Virus record (IMG/VR): IMGVR_UViG_3300018405_000014
Location: 52,700-116,699 of that record
DNA: 64,000 bases
Reading direction: 5' to 3' (one strand)
DNA from: a virus
Lineage: Duplodnaviria > Caudoviricetes
Below, one piece after another: positions 29,545 to 38,908 of the stretch (position 1 is its first letter; the number at the start of each line of letters is the position of its first letter). The notes beneath the pieces are model-generated. The model had not been told where the DNA came from and made no database searches. It saw nothing but the letters and a program-made list of their open reading frames with translations. The position numbers were made by a program, and so were the translations under genes.

Positions 29545-30621
29545 ATGAGTAGTATTCTTTCTCGAGCACTTCACCCGACGACTCATCCAGCCGTAGCCAG
29601 TATGGAGTGCTTCAAATTGCTGACATCCATGGAGCAGGCAGCTGACGAAGAGCGTCAGGCAGCCGCCACAGTAAAGCTCTTGGAATCCATTTCTGAATTG
29701 AGCGACACCGACAAAGCAGATGAGTTGCTCGGTCACGTGTCTGAATTACAAGGGGTTGAACGTGAGCACGTCTCGCTGGAATCGCTAAGTGGTCTGCTGC
29801 CAGTTCTTCGAAAGCTGATCACCCCTGAAAAGGAACCCAGCAAAAGCCCGAAGGACTTCAAAGAACTCCAGGCGCTGTTCAACAAGTACTACCTCAATAG
29901 TGCCTGGCTCAGCAAGCAGACGCTGGTTGATGGTGAGGTTGATGGTGCCAGTATCGGTGAGACTTTGTCAAGACGTGGCAAGTTCAATGCCGGTACGTTC
30001 GCCGCCGACCTTTCCAAGTATGCCGGGGAACTCAAGTCGACCTATTCGAAGTATGTGCGTTCTATTGCACCTTACGCCGAAAAGATCCGGACACTGGATG
30101 GTCAGCTTGTCAGTCAGGTCAATGCGCTCAATGCCAAAGATAATGGCTACGACGCTCAGCTTATCAAGCTGGTCAAAGACGCTGTAGCAAAGATGGAGGC
30201 ACTCGAAGCCCCCGTTGTGCAAATGGACGGTAAGTTCGAGGCGTTCGGCGGCTGGACCACCATCGCCAAAAACGGTACCCTGACCGCTACGCTGACTCAC
30301 AAAGGCCCGACGCTCAAGACAGTTGCTACACTGACAAAAGAAGACATCGTGTCGGTGTGCAAAACCATTCTTGAGTTGTACGCGACGATTGCCGAACTGG
30401 GCAGTCTTGCCCCTGAGTTCTGCGACCTCAGCGACCGAGATCACGGGTTTGTTTCCTCGCTTAAAGGCGAATCCAAGAAGCTCTGGGAACAGTACGTACT
30501 GCAAACTTCCACGTTCGAGCAAATGCGTCGTCTGCTCTGGATGACAGGGGTTGCTACGGGTGTGAGTGAAGTGGCCCGTGTCTCGATCAAATGGATTGAC
30601 CGCTCCATTAGAACTGAATAA
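29545..30621 (+). CDS. Internal head protein with S-x-E propeptide
   Basis: ASMEC, TSMEQ and VSLES in the N-terminus; YLNSAWLSKQ motif shared with the helicase tail. Confidence 0.7.
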   Translation: MSSILSRALHPTTHPAVASMECFKLLTSMEQAADEERQAAATVKLLESISELSDTDKADELLGHVSELQGVEREHVSLESLSGLLPVLRKLITPEKEPSKSPKDFKELQALFNKYYLNSAWLSKQTLVDGEVDGASIGETLSRRGKFNAGTFAADLSKYAGELKSTYSKYVRSIAPYAEKIRTLDGQLVSQVNALNAKDNGYDAQLIKLVKDAVAKMEALEAPVVQMDGKFEAFGGWTTIAKNGTLTATLTHKGPTLKTVATLTKEDIVSVCKTILELYATIAELGSLAPEFCDLSDRDHGFVSSLKGESKKLWEQYVLQTSTFEQMRRLLWMTGVATGVSEVARVSIKWIDRSIRTE

Positions 30622-30668
30622 AGAAAAAAGAAACAGCTAAGAGAGGGAGCCTAGGCTCCCTCTCTATG
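30620..30668. terminator. Bidirectional terminator, near-identical to 35161-35209
   Basis: AAAGAAAAAAGAAACAGCTAAGAGAGGGAGC-N4-GCTCCCTCTCTATG. Confidence 0.8.
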
Positions 30669-30678
30669 TCGTCACCGG

Positions 30679-30975
30679 TTATTCGAGCGATTCGAGGAGA
30701 TCCTCAAGGCTCTCGAAATCGGTGTATCGTGAGGCTACATCTACTTCGATGGTGATCTCCTCACCATCACCACTGACGACATAATCGGCAGCGCAGAGGC
30801 TGGCGATCAAGCGCTTTCGGGTAATGGTCTTCAGGCGCTCGAGCCCCATGCGGTTCTTCAGTTCGCTATCGGACATGGTCAAGTTGATGGTACCGAAATT
30901 ACCGACCGCGATGTTAGCCTTGACACGGGCTTCGATGGCTTCGACGATTGTTTTAGCAATGGCTTTATACGGCAT
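30679..30975 (-). CDS. Hypothetical early protein
   Basis: 98 aa, AGGAG RBS. Confidence 0.65.
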   Translation of the reverse strand: MPYKAIAKTIVEAIEARVKANIAVGNFGTINLTMSDSELKNRMGLERLKTITRKRLIASLCAADYVVSGDGEEITIEVDVASRYTDFESLEDLLESLE

Positions 30976-30991
30976 GGTGTTGCTCCTTGTA

Positions 30992-31279
30992 TCAGTAAAA
31001 GATGCCCGATTCGATCAGGCGGTTTCTAATCTGGCTTATCCAGCGTTCACTGGGTTTCCGCCGACCTTTCACAACCGCTACTTTTTCACGCAGTTCAGAG
31101 TCGGCCATTACCAGACTAGCGGGATAATAGCCACAGCCCGATTCGGGCGAGCCGTGACGGACAAGCAGGCCTGTAAGGTCGCCATCTACCTCGTCTGGAT
31201 CGATGGCGACATAGCTGATCCCAACCTCCCCTTCCAACTTGCGGAAAAGAAGGCCATTGGGTTCATGGTAGATGTTCAT
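30992..31279 (-). CDS. Hypothetical early protein
   Basis: 95 aa, ATGA overlap with the upstream ORF. Confidence 0.6.
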   Translation of the reverse strand: MNIYHEPNGLLFRKLEGEVGISYVAIDPDEVDGDLTGLLVRHGSPESGCGYYPASLVMADSELREKVAVVKGRRKPSERWISQIRNRLIESGIFY

Positions 31280-31929
31280 ACCTGGCTCCCAAAATGGATG
31301 TCGAAGAATTCACGCTTCTCTTTCCAGGCGCTCACCGGGATGTTCTTATGGAAACTCTCGGCGACGATCGGATCATTAAAGAGACAGCTCATGGGGGCGT
31401 AGAGCCATGTGCCGGAGGAGGTCTCATACCGCACCAGAAACTCATTGGGGATGAACACCCCATGATCCAGGTAGACATACTGCTTGTATATATCGCAGAT
31501 GACATGGTCGAGGACGGACGTGTACCCGACGCCTTCCACCTTGATAAAGACGTCACCTTGGAGCGGATGGATCTCAGGGCGCCCTTCGGCATTCAGGACA
31601 GTCTTGTACGCACCATCAGGGGAATTGACGATAACGTCTACCGCGTAGCTACCCACACCTACCTTAAGTCTATTGGCCTGATGGATCTTAAGTAAGACGC
31701 CATACGTGGTGGGCAGGAGGTCACCAAGATCTGAGGTCTCGGTAAAACGCTCCCGGGTGTCCTCGCAGGCCTCGTATTTAAGGATGATCGTGCCGTCCTT
31801 GACTTCATAACCGTACTCCGTTTCCACACTCGGGAGTTTGGTGATGTAGAGGTTCTTAAACGGCTCGACCGTATTCATTCGAGCTTCAGTGAGCAGGTCT
31901 TGGCTGATAATGAAAGTAATGTTGTTCAT
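31276..31929 (-). CDS. Hypothetical early protein
   Basis: 217 aa, AAGGAG RBS. Confidence 0.65.
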   Translation of the reverse strand: MNNITFIISQDLLTEARMNTVEPFKNLYITKLPSVETEYGYEVKDGTIILKYEACEDTRERFTETSDLGDLLPTTYGVLLKIHQANRLKVGVGSYAVDVIVNSPDGAYKTVLNAEGRPEIHPLQGDVFIKVEGVGYTSVLDHVICDIYKQYVYLDHGVFIPNEFLVRYETSSGTWLYAPMSCLFNDPIVAESFHKNIPVSAWKEKREFFDIHFGSQV

Positions 31930-31958
31930 GCTGATCTCCTTAGATCGGGAAGGGTAAC

Positions 31959-32129
31959 TTAGCGAGACGGTTTGGTAATCTCGCGGACTGGGTCAAGGAT
32001 GCGTTGAACTTCAGCGGCTTGTTCCGCAGAAAGAGGGGTCTCGCTTTTGAACTTCTTATACTGCCTGTAACTGCAGTAACCGATAGCGGCAGCGGCAATA
32101 GCGATGACAGAAATGGCTTTGACGTTCAT
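31959..32129 (-). CDS. 56-aa membrane-anchored early peptide (not in ORF track)
   Basis: MNVKAISVIAIAAAAIGYCSYRQYKK..., TAAGGAG RBS, immediately after the early motif. Confidence 0.65.
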   Translation of the reverse strand: MNVKAISVIAIAAAAIGYCSYRQYKKFKSETPLSAEQAAEVQRILDPVREITKPSR

Positions 32130-32169
32130 GATCAGTTCTCCTTAAGAACTCGGTGATGTATTCACCGCT

Positions 32170-32197
32170 ATCATGTATGTTTGTAATAAATTGGAAT
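32170..32197 (-). promoter_or_regulatory. Putative early promoter (ATTC-N16-TACATGAT)
   Basis: Matches the 7-copy motif. Confidence 0.7.
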
Positions 32198-32240
32198 CGA
32201 GACGGCATAGAGAGGAGCCCACGGGCTCCTCTCTATAGGG

Positions 32241-32531
32241 TCAATCGAGGGTGTCACGTGCTTTATTGGCAGCATTGACCAGACGTATCTTCTTGTTGCA
32301 GCTGGCTGTTTGTTTGACCTGAGCAATGTAGGCACTGCTCATCATGATCAAACGCTCATCTGGGACAGCTTGTAGGTAGCGGTCGGCATCCGGAGGCGAG
32401 GTGATCTCACATTCAGATACAGCCAGGTACCGAGGTGTACACCCCGGTAGGGTGACCACGGCCCCAAGCAGTAGCAACAGCCACCACCGACTGCGTTTAG
32501 GGCGCTTGGGGGAGTACGGAGTACTGAACAT
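32241..32531 (-). CDS. Outer-membrane spanin (Rz1-like lipoprotein)
   Basis: Basic N-terminus, hydrophobic stretch and LPGC lipobox; downstream of the i-spanin candidate. Confidence 0.65.
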   Translation of the reverse strand: MFSTPYSPKRPKRSRWWLLLLLGAVVTLPGCTPRYLAVSECEITSPPDADRYLQAVPDERLIMMSSAYIAQVKQTASCNKKIRLVNAANKARDTLD

Positions 32532-32566
32532 CGCGAATCGGTTAAACAGGTGGTTACTGTGAGCCT

Positions 32567-33082
32567 TTATTGGGTAGGTATGCATGAGGGGTGCTCCTGT
32601 TTATTGGCGATGCAGAATGCCTCCCAAGAGTTCTCAAGAACCTTTACAGCGATCTGCTCATTTGATGGTCGTAGTGCGGTGCCCAGTGAGTCCGTCACTT
32701 CAGCCTGATTGATGTCAAGCGTAGGGCATTTGCTCATCCGGTCCCGGTAGACCACAACTTCTTTGACCAGGGGTAACTGCACCGACCTGTCCTGGACGGG
32801 TTGACCGTAACGGGCTGCGCAGAGAAGGTCATTCTGAGATTGTTCTATCTGATAGAACTTCTCTTCTAGTTTGTGGTTTTCCTGGAGGTACTGCTGTATC
32901 TCGCCACGAAGGGTGTTGATGGTCTCTTCGTGTTCTTCAATGGTCTTTGCATTGCTTGCCAGGGTCTGATTGGCCTCAAGGGTCCAGTTCACCCAGTAGA
33001 TGAACGTGGAGATGACACCCGCTACCAGAAGACCGACCAATATACCTTTCAAACCAACTGCCGCTATAAGTCTTGTCCACAT
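32567..33082 (-). CDS. Inner-membrane spanin (Rz-like)
   Basis: N-terminal TM, then coiled coil and Cys residues; paired with a lipoprotein. Confidence 0.62.
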   Translation of the reverse strand: MWTRLIAAVGLKGILVGLLVAGVISTFIYWVNWTLEANQTLASNAKTIEEHEETINTLRGEIQQYLQENHKLEEKFYQIEQSQNDLLCAARYGQPVQDRSVQLPLVKEVVVYRDRMSKCPTLDINQAEVTDSLGTALRPSNEQIAVKVLENSWEAFCIANKQEHPSCIPTQ

Positions 33083-33164
33083 AATGAAATCTCACCGATA
33101 GATAAAGACATACAATGGCACCGTCGACCCGGCATAAGGGGAGAGCCGAAGCTCCCCCGTTTGG

Positions 33165-33572
33165 TCAGGCGGACAGCGTGGCGATGTACTGGGTCACGAT
33201 TGCCGAGACCAGTGCCGAGACCGAGATCTTCAGGCGCTTGGCTTCAGCGACCAGTGCAGCCTTGACGTTCACATCGACGTTGCCAGGCAGACGCACGTTA
33301 CGCGGCGACTTACCGCCGTCGGCGAAAGCTTTCAGGCGTCCGGTCAGGTCCAGAGCCATGACGGTGGCTTTGACCTTCGGTGCAGGCTTCTTGGCCGGAG
33401 CTTTGGCAGCAGGCTTTGCAACCGGCTTGCGAGCAGCTTTCGGCGCGGCGGGCTTGGTAGCCACCGGCTTCTTGGCGGGGGCTTTCGGGGCTGCTTTGGT
33501 AGCGGCGGGCTTCTTGGCTGGGGCCTTGGTAGCCGGTTTAGCGGCAGTGCCTTTCTCGATAGCGGTGGTCAT
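33165..33572 (-). CDS. Histone H1/AlgP-like K-A-P repeat protein with C-terminal ribbon-helix-helix-like domain
   Basis: AKPATKAPAKKPAA repeats; VKAALVAEAKRLKISVSALVSAIVTQYI. Confidence 0.7.
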   Translation of the reverse strand: MTTAIEKGTAAKPATKAPAKKPAATKAAPKAPAKKPVATKPAAPKAARKPVAKPAAKAPAKKPAPKVKATVMALDLTGRLKAFADGGKSPRNVRLPGNVDVNVKAALVAEAKRLKISVSALVSAIVTQYIATLSA

Positions 33573-33616
33573 GTTGGACATTTCCTTCAGTGCATTAAAA
33601 TGGATTTGTAACACCA

Positions 33617-34210
33617 TCAGACGTTATTAGGTCTGTCATATGATGGCACTTGGCCAGTTGTTTTTAACTTGAATAGATTAACGATCCGATCACCGTCGGC
33701 GAATACAACGGTGGCTACATCCTCACTGGCCTTTCGGCCAAGGATGTCGAAGAGCATGTTCGACAGTTCAAACCGTTCAACCGGTGTATCGCGCAGCTGA
33801 TTAAGGGCGGTGTCACCCACCAGCAGAAAAATGCGCCGCGCAGGTCGGGCTTTAGGTAGATGGTAAACGTGCTTATCCCGACCGGGTTGATAGACGTAAC
33901 TACCTTGACAAGACATCCGCTCAAACCACTCGTCTATCCAGCGAGGCACTTGCTGACGATAAAACTCGTTATGTAGGTGCTTGCGCCTGTACATGTCAAG
34001 GAGCATGTCGTACGTGGCTTGCTTTAATTGACTGAATGCGTACGATGAACCGTAATGGCCCCGCAGGTCCATGTAGACAAAATACGTGGTCTCATTTAGG
34101 ACGGTGGCTTTTATCGTCCTTCTCAGCGTCTTGATCAGCCTTCGCTTTCGAATCGGATAAAGCAGCAGATGCCACATCTGCACTAGGAATGACATAGGTG
34201 TAGGCCCCAT
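33617..34210 (-). CDS. Hypothetical protein
   Basis: 197-aa ORF; start uncertain. Confidence 0.5.
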   Translation of the reverse strand: MGPTPMSFLVQMWHLLLYPIRKRRLIKTLRRTIKATVLNETTYFVYMDLRGHYGSSYAFSQLKQATYDMLLDMYRRKHLHNEFYRQQVPRWIDEWFERMSCQGSYVYQPGRDKHVYHLPKARPARRIFLLVGDTALNQLRDTPVERFELSNMLFDILGRKASEDVATVVFADGDRIVNLFKLKTTGQVPSYDRPNNV

Positions 34211-34622
34211 CGTTAAAACTGTCGAGGATGTATGGCATGTGCATGTCCAGGAGATGGGACATGCATTTACCCGCTCGGTAGATGAGCGTGATTGTATTGT
34301 TCTTGTGTAACACTGCGGTCAGTAAAAGGTGTTCGCGGTAAGGTTCGAGTAATGTGTTGGTGGCCTTAAAGGTATCCTCATCGAAGGCATAGGGTCGAGT
34401 GCCTTCACCCACCAGGTGCCAGTGGTCATAGAGGTGATCGTCTTTGAACACAACCGACCAGGTAGAATCGTAGAGGGCCATTCGACCCTTCGTGTATTTA
34501 CGTTCATCGTCGGGGTTGAGGTCTATGAAATCACCCCTGATCACCTCGCTATCATGTAGGTAATCATCCACCTCACGGGAATCCGGGCACATGCCTTCTC
34601 GGAAGACTAGCAGCTTTTTCAT
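34092..34622 (-). CDS. Hypothetical protein
   Basis: 176-aa ORF. Confidence 0.55.
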   Translation of the reverse strand: MKKLLVFREGMCPDSREVDDYLHDSEVIRGDFIDLNPDDERKYTKGRMALYDSTWSVVFKDDHLYDHWHLVGEGTRPYAFDEDTFKATNTLLEPYREHLLLTAVLHKNNTITLIYRAGKCMSHLLDMHMPYILDSFNDGAYTYVIPSADVASAALSDSKAKADQDAEKDDKSHRPK

Positions 34623-34689
34623 TGGGGTGATGTCCGTTTCTGTTCTACAGGATCGGTGAGCTTTTTCTTATTTAACAAGGGAATTCACC

Positions 34690-35157
34690 ATGCATCATCT
34701 TTACCATGGTTCTGGTTATCGTCATGCAGAACTAAAGCCCGGTATCCATCATACGGGTGTTAAAGTCGAGTGGGATAAGAGCGAATCCAACGAGTGGCTC
34801 TACGCAACGTCTGTGATGGAGGAAGCCATTTCGCAAGGGTTAGCCTCGGTGGTGGAGAAACACTTCGCCATGAGCCGCTTTAAGTCTTCTGGCAGGACTC
34901 TGGAATTCATCTTCGAGGATGTCCCTCCAACCCTGAGGGAAATAGAGGCCTTGACTGTCTATCTCTATAAATTGGATTGGCACAAAGACATCTGGGTGGC
35001 TGTTAACAACCTGCACAATGGCATGAAAAACGAATATAAGACAAAGGAGATTATTCCAGCCGCCATGATCGACCATTGTAAACAGGTTGATCTTAAGACT
35101 TACCTGGGGCGTAAAGAAGTCATCCTCTCCTCTGCCAGATCCGCCATGAACTGGTAA
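34690..35157 (+). CDS. Hypothetical protein, possible ADP-ribosyltransferase-like fold
   Basis: LYHGS...LKPG...WLYAT...NEY pattern. Confidence 0.5.
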   Translation: MHHLYHGSGYRHAELKPGIHHTGVKVEWDKSESNEWLYATSVMEEAISQGLASVVEKHFAMSRFKSSGRTLEFIFEDVPPTLREIEALTVYLYKLDWHKDIWVAVNNLHNGMKNEYKTKEIIPAAMIDHCKQVDLKTYLGRKEVILSSARSAMNW

Positions 35158-35160
35158 ACC

Positions 35161-35209
35161 AAAGAAAAAAGAAACAGCTAAGAGAGGGAGCGCAAGCTCC
35201 CTCTCTATG
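35161..35209. terminator. Bidirectional terminator, near-identical to 30620-30668
   Basis: Same 31-nt and 14-nt arms; only the loop differs. Confidence 0.8.
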
Positions 35210-35214
35210 CCGTC

Positions 35215-35898
35215 TCACCGACCGTTCAGGAAGTCCTTAGCGGCGCGGGCATCGAGGTGGAATGTCCCAGCGATATCCGCCTCACTCGAGACTGCCTTAG
35301 GGAACCGGCTACCCGAGGTGCTAAAGCCCATGAACACAGTACCGCCAACATGTACCACTGCCGATACATGGCCTTTGGTTACGTGAACGATAGCCGGGGC
35401 ATCAAAGCCTTCGATATGGGCCTTGTGATACCCCTTAGCCAGGGTGGGCTTGGTGCTGCTGGTGAAGTCCTGTGCAGTCAGGTTGACAACTTCCTCTCGA
35501 CGGATGTTGCGGTAGAAGAAACTCCAGAACGCCGGCGTGGTGTCGACCGCAGGTTCTTCGGATGCTTCAGATACCCGGATGCGAGATACTGCAGCGATGG
35601 TTTCACCGTCTGTGCCTGTGACACTGGAGACGGCATCATCCTGAACCACTGCTTTAACTTCTTCTGCAGCGACAGGTTCGGCTACAACAGGTTTGACAAT
35701 GGACAGGGTGGGTTTGACATTCTCCCGTTCACAGACTGCCATAGCTTCCTTCAGGGAAGTGTTGACAGTGGTAACTGATGGGGACGGTGCTGCAGTGACC
35801 CTAGAAGCCTTACGGGCCTTGAGGGTCTTCCAACCAAGTCCTGCAACTGCTGCCAGACCTACAACGATGGCGCTGCCGATTGCGATATTCTTAGTCAT
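35215..35898 (-). CDS. Membrane-anchored early protein
   Basis: N-terminal TM, TAAGGAG RBS, follows the early motif. Confidence 0.7.
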   Translation of the reverse strand: MTKNIAIGSAIVVGLAAVAGLGWKTLKARKASRVTAAPSPSVTTVNTSLKEAMAVCERENVKPTLSIVKPVVAEPVAAEEVKAVVQDDAVSSVTGTDGETIAAVSRIRVSEASEEPAVDTTPAFWSFFYRNIRREEVVNLTAQDFTSSTKPTLAKGYHKAHIEGFDAPAIVHVTKGHVSAVVHVGGTVFMGFSTSGSRFPKAVSSEADIAGTFHLDARAAKDFLNGR

Positions 35899-35960
35899 GG
35901 TGTGTTCTCCTTAAGAACAGGGGGCACGTAGCCCCCTTATTGGGTAGGGTATTCATCGCT

Positions 35961-35988
35961 ATCATGTATCGTTGAAAAAAAGTCGAAT
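35961..35988 (-). promoter_or_regulatory. Putative early promoter (ATTC-N16-TACATGAT)
   Basis: Matches the 7-copy motif. Confidence 0.7.
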
Positions 35989-36024
35989 CGCATAAAGAGC
36001 CTGGGGAACTCCCCAGGCTCTATG

Positions 36025-36318
36025 TCAGGACTTGGCGCAGGCCATTTTGTAGAACTCATCGTTGATCTCAATGAGTTGGTCGACACTGGTTGCGGTATGC
36101 AACGCATCAATGAACATGCCGCACGAAGCCTGGAAGTGGGTCATCAGGTACTTGGCTGATTCAAACTCATCGCCACTGTAGGCTGCTGGCGCAGCATTCT
36201 TGATCAGTCTGAGGAAGGTATTGAGGTGTGACGCTGTGATGCGGGCTGCCACCCAGCGCTCCCGGTTATCCAGATGTCCTGGTGCCACCCGATTAGCCGG
36301 CGTAATAGAAACTATCAT
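36025..36318 (-). CDS. Hypothetical protein
   Basis: 97-aa ORF followed by a terminator hairpin. Confidence 0.55.
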   Translation of the reverse strand: MIVSITPANRVAPGHLDNRERWVAARITASHLNTFLRLIKNAAPAAYSGDEFESAKYLMTHFQASCGMFIDALHTATSVDQLIEINDEFYKMACAKS

Positions 36319-36521
36319 GGAGCATTACCTTAGAAGAAATAAGACACAGGATTACAGTGAAACAAATTGACTAAACATACATGGTGGTGTATTCGTTTTC
36401 TTTGACGGATTAAAGCATGTACTCGCGAATGACCGTTATCTGTTCGACCTCTATATAGTGCCCCATCGTAACCGTGGGAGACGCGGCATAAAACGGCGCC
36501 CCGCAGGGCGCCGAATTACGG

Positions 36522-37043
36522 TCACCAATAGTCGCTGAAATCGACGTGAGTGGACGGGACCTTGATGATATTCAAGGCCTCGACCAATGCAGATCGTTCA
36601 GTGCGCTCGAGCAAGTTGATCGAGAAGCGTGCCAACTTGAGCGGGGTGATTTCACTTGGTCGCTCGAGGATGTACCAGTTGCTCAACTCAGGAGCCTTGA
36701 AGGCACCGGGAAGAACATTGGTGACGTAGCCATGAACCAAGGTGGCTTCACGTTCACTGATCAGACCTATTGACTGAGCGCCGATGTGCTCAAGCTCTTT
36801 GACCCGATTCGGCCGCGGAATGTCACTGTGTTGACCTTCCAGCAGTTTATCGAGATGACGGATGTCTTTGTCGGTGAGTCCCCTCTCACCGAACTTTCGA
36901 ACCAGGATCAGGTTGCGGTTGCGAGGAATATCCCCCTTGACGAAAAACAATTCGCGACCGCGTTGACCTAGGATCACCGGTATTATATATTTACCCTTGG
37001 ACATGAAAGCTGTTCCTGTTGTGTTTCCAACTACTGACAACAC
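36522..37043 (-). CDS. Hypothetical protein
   Basis: 173-aa ORF; true start may be MSKGK. Confidence 0.55.
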   Translation of the reverse strand: MLSVVGNTTGTAFMSKGKYIIPVILGQRGRELFFVKGDIPRNRNLILVRKFGERGLTDKDIRHLDKLLEGQHSDIPRPNRVKELEHIGAQSIGLISEREATLVHGYVTNVLPGAFKAPELSNWYILERPSEITPLKLARFSINLLERTERSALVEALNIIKVPSTHVDFSDYW

Positions 37044-37332
37044 ATTGCAGGGCTATTATTTTAAGTGCATCTTGCTCTTTGCAATAGAGTGTCATGGAAA
37101 TTTTGAGCATATTTCGACATACTCTTGGTTTAGATTACACTATGCCAGCATTGCCCAGTGTCAGGAATGTACCGTCATGGTCCAGATAAAGTGCTTCTGT
37201 GTTGTGGATGGATTGCAATAGATTACGAAGGGATGTGGTTAACTGGAGCACACTGGCCATAACCATTCCTATATTTGGTTAATGAGGTCATAGGATAAAC
37301 TGCATCAAGGTGACCAGTGTGCAGTGGGTACA

Positions 37333-37845
37333 TTAAAACAGGTGGGGGATTCGCTTAAATGTCTGGAAAACAAGGTCGGGATTAGTTGGACAAGTCAGGA
37401 CATTGACACATTCAAACTCACCGGGTATTTCAGGAACAACGGCCAGGTCCCCTTCGAGTGATTTGTTCAGAATCACTGTCCGATGAATAGTGTCAGCCAC
37501 TCCCATCCCTTCTGCGATAACTGAAGCCCCTCCGATCAAGCAGACTTCTTCGGCCATGTCCTCCAGACACACATTCAGGGCGTCATCGAGAGAGGCATGG
37601 AACATAACCCTATCTGTACGACCCAACGAAAGAAAAGACTTCTTGCGGGTAAGTACATGATGGAACCGGCCAGGTAAAAGACATGGCAGAGATTCGAAGG
37701 TCGACATGCCCATGATCATGGGTTTCCCCCGTGTGACTTGGACAAAGTGAGTCAGGTCTTCGGGGTAGTTCCACGGTAGGGGTTTATTCCCACTGTATCC
37801 GATGGCACAGTCTTTCGTCTGGGCATATACCAACGTAATTTTCAT
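37333..37845 (-). CDS. folA: Dihydrofolate reductase
   Basis: AIG...LPWNYPEDLTHF..VTRGKPMIMG..TFESL..LPGR, LIGGA. Confidence 0.9.
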   Translation of the reverse strand: MKITLVYAQTKDCAIGYSGNKPLPWNYPEDLTHFVQVTRGKPMIMGMSTFESLPCLLPGRFHHVLTRKKSFLSLGRTDRVMFHASLDDALNVCLEDMAEEVCLIGGASVIAEGMGVADTIHRTVILNKSLEGDLAVVPEIPGEFECVNVLTCPTNPDLVFQTFKRIPHLF

Positions 37846-37898
37846 AGCGAATCCTTTAGAGTCAGCATAGAGGAGGGCGTGTGCCCTCCTCTATGTCG

Positions 37899-38447
37899 TT
37901 ACGATGCGTGATGGGCCAGCTTATGTGACAGGCTTTCTACCATCTTTTCCATTTCAGGTTTGGCGTAATAGTTCATAGAGAACTCATGAATCTCACGACC
38001 AGCTTCACCACTCGTTACAAGGATCAGCTCAACCCCCACACCACCATTGGCAGCCTTCCACTGTCGAAGGTAAGCGTTTTCACGCGGCACCTCAGCCAGT
38101 GTCTCCCAAAGCACCTGCCCTGTCTGCAACGAACAGGTAAGGTGCTCTTTAGGCTGAATCTCAGCGATAGTCGGAAGTGTCTTAAGGTCCACGAACGCCT
38201 GATCCTTCAGCACCACCCACGGATACTCCCGAGTAGCCTCAAGGCCCTGGATGTACTCAGTCATGACCTCGGGATTCTTATTGAGGTCATGGCGCTGGGT
38301 GCACTTCATCACCAGGTGCTTCTGGTGATAGTGCATTCTCAGGATTCGGTTTCCATGGCCCTTCTTACCAAAGCAGGTAATGGACAAATCAGCCGGAGAT
38401 TGGATGCGCTGATTCTGCGCACCGACCACCAGATCAAAGATATCCAT
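37899..38447 (-). CDS. Hypothetical protein
   Basis: 182 aa, translationally coupled. Confidence 0.6.
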   Translation of the reverse strand: MDIFDLVVGAQNQRIQSPADLSITCFGKKGHGNRILRMHYHQKHLVMKCTQRHDLNKNPEVMTEYIQGLEATREYPWVVLKDQAFVDLKTLPTIAEIQPKEHLTCSLQTGQVLWETLAEVPRENAYLRQWKAANGGVGVELILVTSGEAGREIHEFSMNYYAKPEMEKMVESLSHKLAHHAS

Positions 38448-38908
38448 TAACTGAGCGCCGTCGGAAGCTTGATGGTCTGAACCACGTGATCACTCGGAAG
38501 ACGAAGTCTGGAGACGATGTAGCTGTCTACCAAGTGGTCGTCATTCAGGATCAGTAGCATGAGGTACTCTTCCTCGATCTCTTCAGGCACAGGCTCCTGA
38601 ATGACATGGAGGTCCAGATTATCGAACAGGCCGATCCGCGTACCGTCTTGCTTGGAACGGACGAAGTGGGCACGCGAGGTGACCGATCCTTCCGGCATAT
38701 CGAAGAGGTACTGAGCGATACCGATGGAGGCCGCCAGGGCGTAGCGGTAATGTTCGCTGCGACTACTGGCCAACAACACCATGGCACGGACTGTGTCAGC
38801 AGTCATTGACTGTACACCCCAGCCCAGACTACAGTCGAAAGGCGGTAGCTTGGCCACTACCTCCCCAACAGTCAAAGGTGCAGGGAGCTTTACCAGCTCA
38901 TTGTTCAT
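38447..38908 (-). CDS. Hypothetical protein
   Basis: 153 aa, AGGAG RBS. Confidence 0.6.
   Translation of the reverse strand: MNNELVKLPAPLTVGEVVAKLPPFDCSLGWGVQSMTADTVRAMVLLASSRSEHYRYALAASIGIAQYLFDMPEGSVTSRAHFVRSKQDGTRIGLFDNLDLHVIQEPVPEEIEEEYLMLLILNDDHLVDSYIVSRLRLPSDHVVQTIKLPTALS

Noticed and set aside
33115-33630. Hydrophobic plus-strand ORF
   Set aside because: Antisense of the K/A/P repeats
37050-37330. Short minus-strand ORFs (~43 aa) downstream of folA
   Set aside because: Weak RBS and no recognisable motif; not supportable
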